Below, piece by piece: positions 51,599-61,005 of a stretch of DNA of 64,000 bases. The DNA comes from a virus (Duplodnaviria > Heunggongvirae > Uroviricota > Caudoviricetes). The stretch covers positions 1 to 64,000 of the IMG/VR virus record IMGVR_UViG_3300021431_002946; one strand, given 5' to 3'. Below the pieces are notes generated by a model. The model was not told where the DNA came from. It ran no database searches and worked only from the letters and a program-made list of their open reading frames with translations. Both the position numbers and the translations under genes were made by a program. Positions within the stretch are counted from its first letter, which is position 1. Every line of letters starts with the position of its first letter.

Positions 51599-52549
51599 AT
51601 GGAATATCTTTTACAACAATATGAAGATGGAACATTCGGTTATTTAGGTATTGACGGTAATGAACATTATAATCTAACTACTGACTCAAAAGTGATTTGT
51701 ACTCAAAAAGAAAGTGAAGACAGAGATGAGTTTATTGCTAAAAATAAAATTACTTTTAAACCTAACCAATATGGTTCTAATATTAAATTAGATAGAATGG
51801 TTAATCATTGGGATATACTTAATCATAAATCAGTTGCTTATCAAGGTTATGGGCTTGAAAAACTTATTAATGATAGGTGGGCTGAAACTCGAGCTGTAGT
51901 AGCTTCTCAAGGTTATAGACTAGAAAAACTTATTAACGATGAAGATTGGCGTGTTCGTCGTGAAGTAGCAAAACAAAAATATAGACTTGATATACTTATT
52001 AATGATGAAGATTTTCATGTTCGTATAGTAGTAGCGGCACTAGGTTATGGCTTAGATAAACTTATTAATGATGAAAATTTCTATGTTCGTACAAATGTAG
52101 CTAATCGAGGTTATGGCTTAGATAAACTTATTAATGATACACATTGGATGGTTCGTAGTTCAGTAGCTTCTCAAGGTTATGGATTTGAAAAACTTATTGC
52201 AGACAAAAATGAATTCGTTCATAAAGAAGTAGTTAAATATTTAAATGAAAAAGCAGATGATAATTTTATTATTGATTTAGGTAATAAATTATTAGACGTA
52301 GGTTATAAGTTAAGTACAAATGATATATTAATGATTTTTGAAGACGAAACTACAACAAAGTTTAAAAAATTTGAAGAGAATAACTTTTATCCAAAAAATA
52401 ATGTTTATCGTATTTTAGCTAGATTATTGTGGAAAAATATTCGTGTTAAAGATATTTATGATCCGAATAATCCTGCATTAGTAGAAATTTATTTAAAACA
52501 AAAAAGTTTATTAAAAGATACAGATTCTATTATTGATAATTTAGAATAA
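51599..52549 (+). CDS. HEAT/LRV-like helical repeat protein (about 6 x 21-aa repeats)
   Basis: Repeated VAxQGYGLxKLINDExWxVR; N-terminus shared with 57277. Confidence 0.7.
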   Translation: MEYLLQQYEDGTFGYLGIDGNEHYNLTTDSKVICTQKESEDRDEFIAKNKITFKPNQYGSNIKLDRMVNHWDILNHKSVAYQGYGLEKLINDRWAETRAVVASQGYRLEKLINDEDWRVRREVAKQKYRLDILINDEDFHVRIVVAALGYGLDKLINDENFYVRTNVANRGYGLDKLINDTHWMVRSSVASQGYGFEKLIADKNEFVHKEVVKYLNEKADDNFIIDLGNKLLDVGYKLSTNDILMIFEDETTTKFKKFEENNFYPKNNVYRILARLLWKNIRVKDIYDPNNPALVEIYLKQKSLLKDTDSIIDNLE

Positions 52550-52561
52550 GGAGCATAAATT

Positions 52562-53465
52562 ATGAAAATAATTAAAGATAAATTATATAATGCAATACGT
52601 GATTCTAGATTTTCTGATGTAAATATTACTAATATTCAATATAATGATGATGAAGCAATAATAACTGTAGAAGCAGATGATCATAGAAGTTATGATAATC
52701 AGTCTGGTTTTGGAAATATTGAATTTAAATTTACTATTGATAATGATGGTAATGCATCTAATTTTGAATATATTTATTATGATAATGAAGATATGGCAAA
52801 AGGTGCAGATGGATTATGCAAAACAACTTTACCGGATGAAGACGATCCTACTTATTCAGATTGTGTTGAAAAAATAGTTCAAGAACAATTAGATTATGCA
52901 AAAAGTAATAATAGTGAGCTTTTTAACTTTTTTGGATTATATACAAATTATTCAAATTGTTTAGATGAAACAGAACAAGAAATAAAAGAAGTATTTTCAA
53001 AATATTTTACAATTAATAAAATTGAAGTTGATAATTGGGATGTATATGAAATAGATATAGATGATAAAATGTATTTTAATGTTTCATATGATGAAAAAAC
53101 ATATGAATGGAATGTAGCATTTTATATAATTGATTACAAAGATTATGAGTCGGATGATTGTGATACTTTAGAAAAAGCACTTGTGGATGCAATGAAAAAA
53201 GCTTATAATGACGTAAAAAATGTTATTGTAGTATTTAATAAATTTTTTAAATAATAAAGGAGAAATATAAGATATGTTGGTACGTGACGTTGCAGAAAAA
53301 CTTGATTCAAATATAGCTTTAGTTATATTTAATACAAAAGGAAAACATATATATGGTGGAGATCGTAGTTCATGTATTAAGCATGCTGGAGAAGATATTC
53401 TTAATGCTGAAGTACAAGAATTAAGTACAACTCTACGTGGTGATATAATGGTTACAATAGATTAA
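52562..53465 (+). CDS. Two hypothetical proteins (52562-53254 acidic two-domain paralog; 53274-53465)
   Basis: ORFs with AAGGAG RBS. Confidence 0.6.
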
Positions 53466-53557
53466 TAGTTGAGATATTTTGTAAAAATTGAATTTATATA
53501 CACTGAAGTTATTTTTTAAAAAATTTTAAATAAAAGGAATTTAAAAAGGAATAAAAT

Positions 53558-53863
53558 ATGTACATAAAAATTTGGTTAGATGATATAAGAGAAGCTCCTA
53601 TTGATTATGAAAGAACTCATTCTGTTAATGAAACTAAGCAATTAGTATTAAAAAATCAAGATGCTAAGACTATCTATTTTGACTTAGATCATGATTTAGG
53701 AGAATATGCCTCTGATGGAGGAGATGCTATCAAATTAGTAGATTGGCTTATAGAAACATATCATGATAAAAATAAACACTTTGTATTTCATTTCCATTCT
53801 ATGAATCCAGTTGGAGTGGATAATATGAAACGTGCTGTTGAAAGATATTGGGAAGTAATATAA
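53558..53863 (+). CDS. Cyclic-phosphate-processing receiver-domain protein
   Basis: IWLDDIREAP, SVNE, DLDHDLGE, DAIKLVDWL, HSMNPVG..NM. Confidence 0.75.
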   Translation: MYIKIWLDDIREAPIDYERTHSVNETKQLVLKNQDAKTIYFDLDHDLGEYASDGGDAIKLVDWLIETYHDKNKHFVFHFHSMNPVGVDNMKRAVERYWEVI

Positions 53864-53938
53864 AAGTCTATTTATCTATAATAGTGGAATGTGAGCAATA
53901 CCTAACCTTTGGTTAGGTATTTTTTATAATAAAGGAGA
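53863..53938 (+). promoter_or_regulatory. Promoter, conserved leader and terminator-like hairpin module
   Basis: AAAGTCTATTTATCTATAATAGTGGAATGTGAGCAATACCTAACC-TTT-GGTTAGGTATTTTTT...AAGGAG. Confidence 0.65.
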
Positions 53939-53945
53939 ATAGTAT

Positions 53946-54679
53946 ATGATTATTGAACCTAAATGGATTGAAGAGGCAAAAGAAGAGTATAAAGGATTTA
54001 CATATTTGGTACTTGCTTGTTGTAATAAAGGTTATCGTTGTGGATATATACAAATTCCTGAAGGACATCCTTATTATGAAAATAGAGAATTTACCAAATT
54101 TAATGCTGGTTATGAAATAAATTGGGGACTCACTTTTAGTGGAAGACTTAGAGGTCAAACAGGTTGGTGGATTGGTTTTGACTGTCATCATATCAATAAT
54201 GGTGTGGATGTAGAGTTAATTCGTAATAATTATTCTACAGAAGAATTTAAACAGATTTTAGATGAACTTGAAGAAACCGAAAACTTTTATGGTTATGCTC
54301 CTTCTAAAATAGACGTAGAAAGAGATTGTATGAGTATTATAGATGAATTGTTAGATGGTAGAATTTTAATATTGGAGGATTGAATATGGTTATTTTTGAA
54401 AATGAATGTTTCAGATTTGAAAAGTATGATGTAGGAGAAGAATCTTCATTTGCTATTATCAGTCAAGGAGATGCTCTTGATGCAGGAGTTACTTTAAATT
54501 TAGAAGAAAATTATAAAACACCAAAAAAATATATAGAAATTAAGATAAATTACACTAAATTGCCTCCAGTTAATCCTTTTGAAGGACTGAAAGGTAAGAT
54601 AAATGCAGAAATTGCAGCTATGGATATTTCACGTAAAATAATTAAGTACCTTAAAGAAAATGATTTATGGGCAGGTTAA
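53946..54679 (+). CDS. Two hypothetical proteins (53946-54383 phage-type CGY..IP.GHP/WWIGFDC family; 54380-54679)
   Basis: Motifs visible in the translation; RBS. Confidence 0.6.
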
Positions 54680-54688
54680 GAATATTTA

Positions 54689-54716
54689 ATTATCTCTATA
54701 TGTATGGAGGTTATTT
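54689..54716 (+). CRISPR. Solitary CRISPR repeat unit abutting a promoter module
   Basis: ATTAT-CTCTAT-ATGT-ATGGAG-GTTATTT. Confidence 0.6.
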
Positions 54717-54718
54717 CT

Positions 54719-54787
54719 AAAGACTATTTAATTATAATAGTATGAATGTGAACAATACCTGATCTTTTTTGGTCAGGTATTTTCTTT
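54719..54787 (+). promoter_or_regulatory. Promoter, conserved leader and terminator-like hairpin module
   Basis: AAAGACTATTTAATTATAATAGTATGAATGTGAACAATACCTGATC-TTTTTT-GGTCAGGTATTTTCTTT. Confidence 0.65.
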
Positions 54788-54803
54788 GAAAGGGGCTTTT
54801 ATT

Positions 54804-57273
54804 ATGCAACTAGACAATTTTTTAAAACAAGATTGGACTCACATTGATTTACAAGCATGTAATTTATATGTAATACTTGATGACGTTGGTGCAATTACAT
54901 ATTTACAAAGAGATTTAAAAATAATTGATGATATAACTTTAAGTAATGCACAACAAAAATTAAGGGAAATATTAGAAGAAAAAGGTGTAAAAATTGAATA
55001 TGTAGACTATAAAACTTGTGTTAAAATTTCACCTGCAGAATATTATGAATTAATTGAAAATTATAATATAAGAATTGATACCTTTATAATTAGTAAATTC
55101 TATGATGCTCCTACATTTTTATTAAAATTATCTTAAAGGAAAAAACTACGACATTAAAAAATATTGTGAAAAGTTTAATATAGATTATGATAAATTATTA
55201 AATACATTAAAAGAATATATGTGAGAAGAAGATGATAATATATTAAGACTTAAAATGGATTATGAAACTAATTGACTTACAAAATTAAAGTTAATTGCAA
55301 AAGACAATAATTAAAAGGAGAAATATATGAATTTAATACAGTTAATTAAGCCTTGTACATCTAATTATGAAGTAAGGATAAATAATGCATTTGATTTTAT
55401 AACATATTGTGGTAAATATAAAGACGAAATTAATGGTTATAAGCTTATTATAGTTGGTCAACATTTAAGAGATTTTGATTATAAAGATGCAATTAGAGAA
55501 GTAGTAGATAAAAATCCTGAGTCATTTAGACTTGTAGGTAATGAAATTACTTTAAAAACTTCAAATATGGATCGTATTATCAACTTAGAAGTTAAAGAAT
55601 TTAGAGCTGAAGATGATAATATTATTGTAATTGTTTATTATAAACATAATGGAGCAGATGTTGTTTGGCCACTTGCATAAAGGAGAAATATTATGAAACA
55701 AAAAACTATTGAAAAATTTGAAAAATGGTGTAAAGATATAGGTGCTGATTATAATAGTGACTTTGTAGATAATGAAAATGATTTTCCAAATTATAATTGG
55801 GATGATGAAGAATGTTGTTTTCAAGGAAAATATGATGGAGGTCTTTTCATTTTAAAACTTATCGATTATGGTGAAAAAACTGATACTGGTTCAGCTAATG
55901 GTATTGAAATAAGAGAATTAGTATGGAATGAAGAATTTGAAACGTATTGTTGGTGGGCTGAAGGTGGAAAATCAAATATTTATAATCGCATAATAAGAAC
56001 TGATTTATCAAAAAATGGTATAAAATCTATACAAGAATGGATAGCTGCTCATACTACATATCCTAAATTTCCTAATTTCAGTATAAGTGATTTTATTTAT
56101 CTAGTTAAAGATTTTGTTTATAAAGTAGATGAGTCTAAAACATTAAAAGTTGAATCTGATTATGATTCTATTGACAAATTTTTTGATAGTGACTTTAAAA
56201 GTGGAGATAGTCTTGTAATTAAAGCTGCTAATGTAAATATAACTCTTATTACTATTGAAAAAGTTATTATAGATGAAGAGGAAATGTTTAGATTTATTGT
56301 TGATATTTCTACAGATAAAAACGATGAATTTAAGATCAAAACTACTTTTGATTCTCAAGAAAAGTTCAGATCTTTACTCGAAGCTACCATAAATGCTTTA
56401 AAAGAATATAAAGAATTTTATAAATATGCAGAAGATTTAGAAAATTGTCTATAAATATTAAAATTAAAATAAGGAGAATAAAATTATGAATATTATACTT
56501 TCAGATATTAGAGACGGTCTTGTTAAAAGTGGTATAAAAAATAAAATGGCTGTTTCTGGAGAGTCATTAGTTATTAAATTAAGTGATAAAAATTTAATGA
56601 CAATTTTTCTTACAACAGATGAATATGGCTATAGTTACATTAATTATAAAATTATGGTTTATCAAACTGGAAATGTATTAGAAGAAAATACGATTGATAA
56701 TCAAAAATTAGATAATCAACCATTAAATGAGGAAACTTGGGGTCGTGACCAAAATTCCTATGATTATGATTCTAAAGATGTATTTGAAGTTTTGCCTAAA
56801 ACTATGGAAGAACTATTAGACGCATTTAACTTTTTTAATGAGGAGAATTAATTATGAATATTGTAATATCAGACCTTAAAGATGCTTTAGTAAATTACGG
56901 CATTAAAAATAAAATGTTAGCTAAAGGCGGTAGTTTAGCTATAAAATTAAATAATAGTAATATATGTATTATTACATTAAACGAAAAACATATCTATTAT
57001 AACCAATCTTTATTATATACTATACAAGTATATCAAACAGGAAATACTTTAGAATCAAATTATATACGTATTCCAAATTTTTTACCTCATGGTATAACAG
57101 AATATTATGCTGATTATAATAGAGGAATAAATGGAGAAAAGGGATGTTATGGATATTATCAACGTCAATATGGAGACCCTATTGACATTTATGAATCTCA
57201 AGATTTATTAGAGTTAATTCCAGGTGTTATTGAAGATTTAGTGGAAGTAATTAATTTTTATAATGGAGATTAA
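54804..57273 (+). CDS. Five hypothetical proteins (54804-55136, 55327-55680, 55693-56454, 56486-56851, 56854-57273); the last two are tandem paralogs
   Basis: MNIILSDIRDGLVKSGIKNKM vs MNIVISDLKDALVNYGIKNKM; RBS. Confidence 0.6.
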
Positions 57274-57276
57274 AAT

Positions 57277-58086
57277 ATGGATTATAGATTACAACAATAT
57301 GAAGATGGTACATTTGGTTATTTGAATGTTGATGGTGATAGATATGAAAATACTACAACTGGTTCTAAAGTAGTATTACAACAATCTTTTCATGAAGATA
57401 GAGAAGATTTTATTGAAAATAATCACATAGAATTTCAGAATAATCAATATGGTTCAAATTTATTCAAAGATATAATTATTATAGAAGGTTCCGCTGATGA
57501 AAAAATAGGATTAATACATGATAGATATGGTTTAGATAAATTAGTAACTGATTCTGATGAAAAAGTAAGAAAAGCAGTAGCATATCAAGATTATCATACT
57601 ACAACTATTGATATATCGAAAATATTACCACCTATTATAGATAAATTAGAAAAATTAGCTCAAAATTCTATATATGCTATAAAGGTTACTTCAAAAGCTA
57701 GACCACAGTCTTGGCCTGGACCTGTAAGTATGGATTATTTCTTTGAATATTATTTTACAGTTAATTTTAATGAAGATGATTTAACAGCGTATTTTGATGG
57801 TACTCTTAATAGTGATGGTAGTATGTGGGGTACATCTTATAAATCTTCAAATGTAACAAAAACCATAAAATATACTAAAAAGTTATTAGAGATAAAAGAA
57901 CTTTTAAGTTCATTAAAAATAACAGAAGTAAAATATATAGCAAATGAAAAAATATCTGAAACTTCTTATAGCATAAATAATAAAGTTTTAGAGATATATG
58001 GTCCTAAAGATATAAGTACTAAAACTAATAATCAACGTTCGCATGATGACCATGCATATGATCCTAAATACTGGGGCTGGACATAA
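57277..58086 (+). CDS. Chimeric hypothetical protein: N-terminus and one repeat homologous to 51599, unrelated C-terminus
   Basis: MDYRLQQYEDGTFGYL...NQYGSN...YGLDKLVTDSDEKVRKAVAYQ. Confidence 0.65.
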   Translation: MDYRLQQYEDGTFGYLNVDGDRYENTTTGSKVVLQQSFHEDREDFIENNHIEFQNNQYGSNLFKDIIIIEGSADEKIGLIHDRYGLDKLVTDSDEKVRKAVAYQDYHTTTIDISKILPPIIDKLEKLAQNSIYAIKVTSKARPQSWPGPVSMDYFFEYYFTVNFNEDDLTAYFDGTLNSDGSMWGTSYKSSNVTKTIKYTKKLLEIKELLSSLKITEVKYIANEKISETSYSINNKVLEIYGPKDISTKTNNQRSHDDHAYDPKYWGWT

Positions 58087-58123
58087 AGAATAGAATTTAA
58101 TACTATCTATAAGGAGAAATATT

Positions 58124-58927
58124 ATGAAAATTAAAATTTTAGATTGTAAATTATTATCTATAGACAAAGCTAATAAAGTAAATAAAAATATTAGAGAACA
58201 CGGTCGTTGGTGGTGGCTCCAATCACCTGCTGATTATTATCCTAATCGTGTTGCTTATGTTGATCACGGTGGCGAGATTTGCACAGTTGGTATTCATGTT
58301 GACTGCGAGAGTGGTATTCGCCCTGTTTTGCATCTCGAATCTAATGCAGGTAAATCCTTTAGATTAGCAAATCTTAATTGGATTAATGTCTTTGATAATG
58401 TTTATCTCTCTGAGTATTTTATTGGTTACGATATATTTGATAAAAAATCAAATCAATATGAGGGTTCACATATTCAAAAGTTTATTATATCTTGGTTTAA
58501 AAGTCAAAATTTAAAATTTAATACTGAAATTGAACTTGATACGCTAGAAAATGATATATTAAATGAATATACTACAGCAATAGCTAAGTTTATACATAAA
58601 GTAAATGAGTTAGATAGCTTAAAAGTTCAAACTGAATATGATTCAATAAATGAATTTTTTAATTCTGATTTTCAAGATGATATAAAATTAGACACTTTAG
58701 TCATATGTACAGCATATACAAAAACACCTTTAATAAAATTAGTTAAAAATAAAAATTGTTATGAATTTATAGTAGATATAACTACTGAAGATAAAGATAA
58801 TTTTAGTTTTAAATCATTTATTGAAACACGAGATCAATTATATCAAAAAATAAATCAAACAATTGAAGCTTTAAAACAATATAGTAAATTTCATAATTAT
58901 GTTATAGCTTTAGAAAATTGTCTATAA
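58124..58927 (+). CDS. DUF6273-like domain fused to a C-terminal domain shared with 55693
   Basis: LLSIDKA...WWWLQSP...VAYV...GIRPVL; LKVQTEYDSINEFFNSDF...LENCL. Confidence 0.65.
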   Translation: MKIKILDCKLLSIDKANKVNKNIREHGRWWWLQSPADYYPNRVAYVDHGGEICTVGIHVDCESGIRPVLHLESNAGKSFRLANLNWINVFDNVYLSEYFIGYDIFDKKSNQYEGSHIQKFIISWFKSQNLKFNTEIELDTLENDILNEYTTAIAKFIHKVNELDSLKVQTEYDSINEFFNSDFQDDIKLDTLVICTAYTKTPLIKLVKNKNCYEFIVDITTEDKDNFSFKSFIETRDQLYQKINQTIEALKQYSKFHNYVIALENCL

Positions 58928-58937
58928 GGAGAACATT

Positions 58938-60059
58938 ATGAATGTAAAAATAATACTTCAAACTAATATATTTCAAGTCTTTTTTGATGATAGACAATCT
59001 AATATAGATTTTCATAATTACATAAGCGAAAAAATAAAAATAAATTTACATAAAGAACTTGATATTAATGATGAACACTTAAATATAGTTATTAAGAATG
59101 AACAATATAAAGCTTTTGATGCATTCTCAAATATTGTTTGCTATATGGTAGTATATTCTAACGTTGAACATAAAAATGAGTCTCATTTTAATAGATTTTT
59201 ATTAAATAATAAAAAATTTAAAACAATGTTAAAAGAAGAAATAATTCCTGAATTATGTCAGCAAATAAAAGATTTACAATTAGCTTGTTTATCTAATACT
59301 GGTTATTCAAGCCCATCTTTTGAAAATTTAATATTTCAAAAAGGTATATATAGTGAAAAAATATGTCATATAGATCATTTAGATGATACCACTAATAATT
59401 GTAATTATAAAAAATTACCAATTGAGGTAACTAATGTAAAAATTGCAGATTATGCAAATGATATTGACATTGATGTAGATGAAATATAAATAATAGAAGA
59501 ACAAATAATAATTTAGATAAAAAAATATAAGGAGAAAAGAAAAATGTCAGACTTTTATGATGCAATATCAAAATATATTGATTATTCAACTTACGCTACA
59601 TTAGATATTACAACTAATTTAGTTTCAGATAGATCAGTTGAATATTGGTACGTAGAAAAAGCTAATTTTAAAGTTAGAGAAATTAGTAGTTCAAAAATAA
59701 TAAATGATTATAAAATTGAAGTTCATAGTCATGTTGGCGGAATAAATACAGTATTTCCAAATAGTATTATGACAGTTAGAATTTTAGATAATAATGATCG
59801 TAATGTTACATTTAATATTATTGATAAATTATTTAGTTCTAGAGCTGAATTTATTAATATAGTTAGAAATTTAGCTGAACAAGTTAAAGAACAATATAAT
59901 GCACAAAAATATAAAGTAATTGAAATAAATAAGGAAAATGGTTTCACTATAAAAAATGGAAAAGTTTGTATACCAGCTTTAGATTTAGAAACTGGTAAAA
60001 TGATAGATCCAGCAGAACTTAATATAATAACTGTAGAAATAAAATCTATTGATATTTGA
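58938..60059 (+). CDS. Two hypothetical proteins (58938-59489, 59544-60059)
   Basis: ORFs with AAGGAG RBS. Confidence 0.6.
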
Positions 60060-60069
60060 TGGAGTAAAT

Positions 60070-60101
60070 AATACCTTACTCTTTTGAGTGAGGTATTTTT
60101 T
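60070..60101 (+). terminator. Terminator-like hairpin of the AATACCT...AGGTATTTTT family
   Basis: AATACCTTACTC-TTTT-GAGTGAGGTATTTTTT just upstream of AAGGAGG. Confidence 0.6.
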
Positions 60102-60121
60102 ATATTAAGGAGGAATAAATA

Positions 60122-60570
60122 ATGTCTTATGAAACAATTAATGGTATAAAAGAATTTTATAAATAAGTATTTAAAATAGCAAAAAATATGAGCATACAGA
60201 ATCAAATTTTTATGATGGAATGTCTAATATACATCATTATATTAAAGTTGATGGTTTTACACCTAATTTTACTACAATTTTAAATTTTAGTGAAGCAATA
60301 CATGGTGCTACAGCTACTGTTTTTAAATTAGTGCTTGGATTTACTGAAGACGGTATTACAATTAGCTGTTGTTTATTACAATCAGTTGAAAAGAATAATT
60401 TAGAAGAAGAAATTATTGATGATTTTAAGGTAATAAAAAATAAGCTTTCAGTTGCAGATTTTCAAAATGAATTAGGTGAAATATTACACTATCTTACAAT
60501 TCAAGATGGTATAGTTATTGATTTCGAAGATGGTCAAAAAATGTTATATGAAATTTATGAAATAAAATAA
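60122..60570 (+). pseudogene. Probably disrupted gene (premature TAA and a frameshift in an A run) whose 3' part is ORF 60220-60570
   Basis: Strong AAGGAGG RBS, then MSYETINGIKEFYK*VFKIAK; a frame change in the A run at about 60181 joins YEHTESNFYDGMSNIHH. Confidence 0.5.
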
Positions 60571-60583
60571 AAAGGAAAATAAA

Positions 60584-60895
60584 ATGGCAAAAAAGAGTCT
60601 TTTATATATATCAAAAATATTTTCACAATATTTTAGTATAGATCAAGTTAAGTTTGAGAATTCAGAAGATAATATAGATTTTTATACAGTTTATATAAAT
60701 ACTAAACCAATTTTTAAAGTAGAATTTAACAATGAGTACAAAATGTGGTTTATAACTTTAACTTTAAATAATAACTTAAAATTTACAAGTATATGGCATA
60801 ATGATTTAGATAAAGCATTACGTGATGTAATGGATAAATTATATTTTGAATTAGAAGATGCTGCAAAATTGATAGTAGAATTTTATAATAATTAA
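60584..60895 (+). CDS. Hypothetical protein of the ISKIFSQYF...W domain family
   Basis: Paralogous to 47533, 61006 and the C-termini of 48242 and 52562. Confidence 0.6.
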   Translation: MAKKSLLYISKIFSQYFSIDQVKFENSEDNIDFYTVYINTKPIFKVEFNNEYKMWFITLTLNNNLKFTSIWHNDLDKALRDVMDKLYFELEDAAKLIVEFYNN

Positions 60896-60916
60896 GTATT
60901 GTATAAATAATTTTTA

Positions 60917-60995
60917 AAAGACTATTTAATTTATAATAGTAAGTACGTGAACAATGTCTAAGTCTATATGACTTAGGCATTTTTTATTAAAGGAG
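60917..60995 (+). promoter_or_regulatory. Promoter, conserved leader and terminator-like hairpin module
   Basis: AAAGACTATTTAATTTATAATAGTAAGTACGTGAACAATGTCTAAGTC-TATAT-GACTTAGGCATTTTTT...AAGGAG. Confidence 0.65.
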
Positions 60996-61005
60996 AATAA
61001 ATACT

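Noticed and set aside
53487-53516. Possible further CRISPR repeat (...GAAGTTATTTT)
   Set aside because: Only the handle-like end matches and there is no stem; indistinguishable from AT-rich background.
55140-55275. Possible stop-codon recoding (in-frame TGA in a decayed ORF here; in-frame TAA at about 60164)
   Set aside because: Long genes are intact under the standard code, and TAA, TAG and TGA all end genes followed by RBSs; isolated pseudogenisation is more parsimonious.
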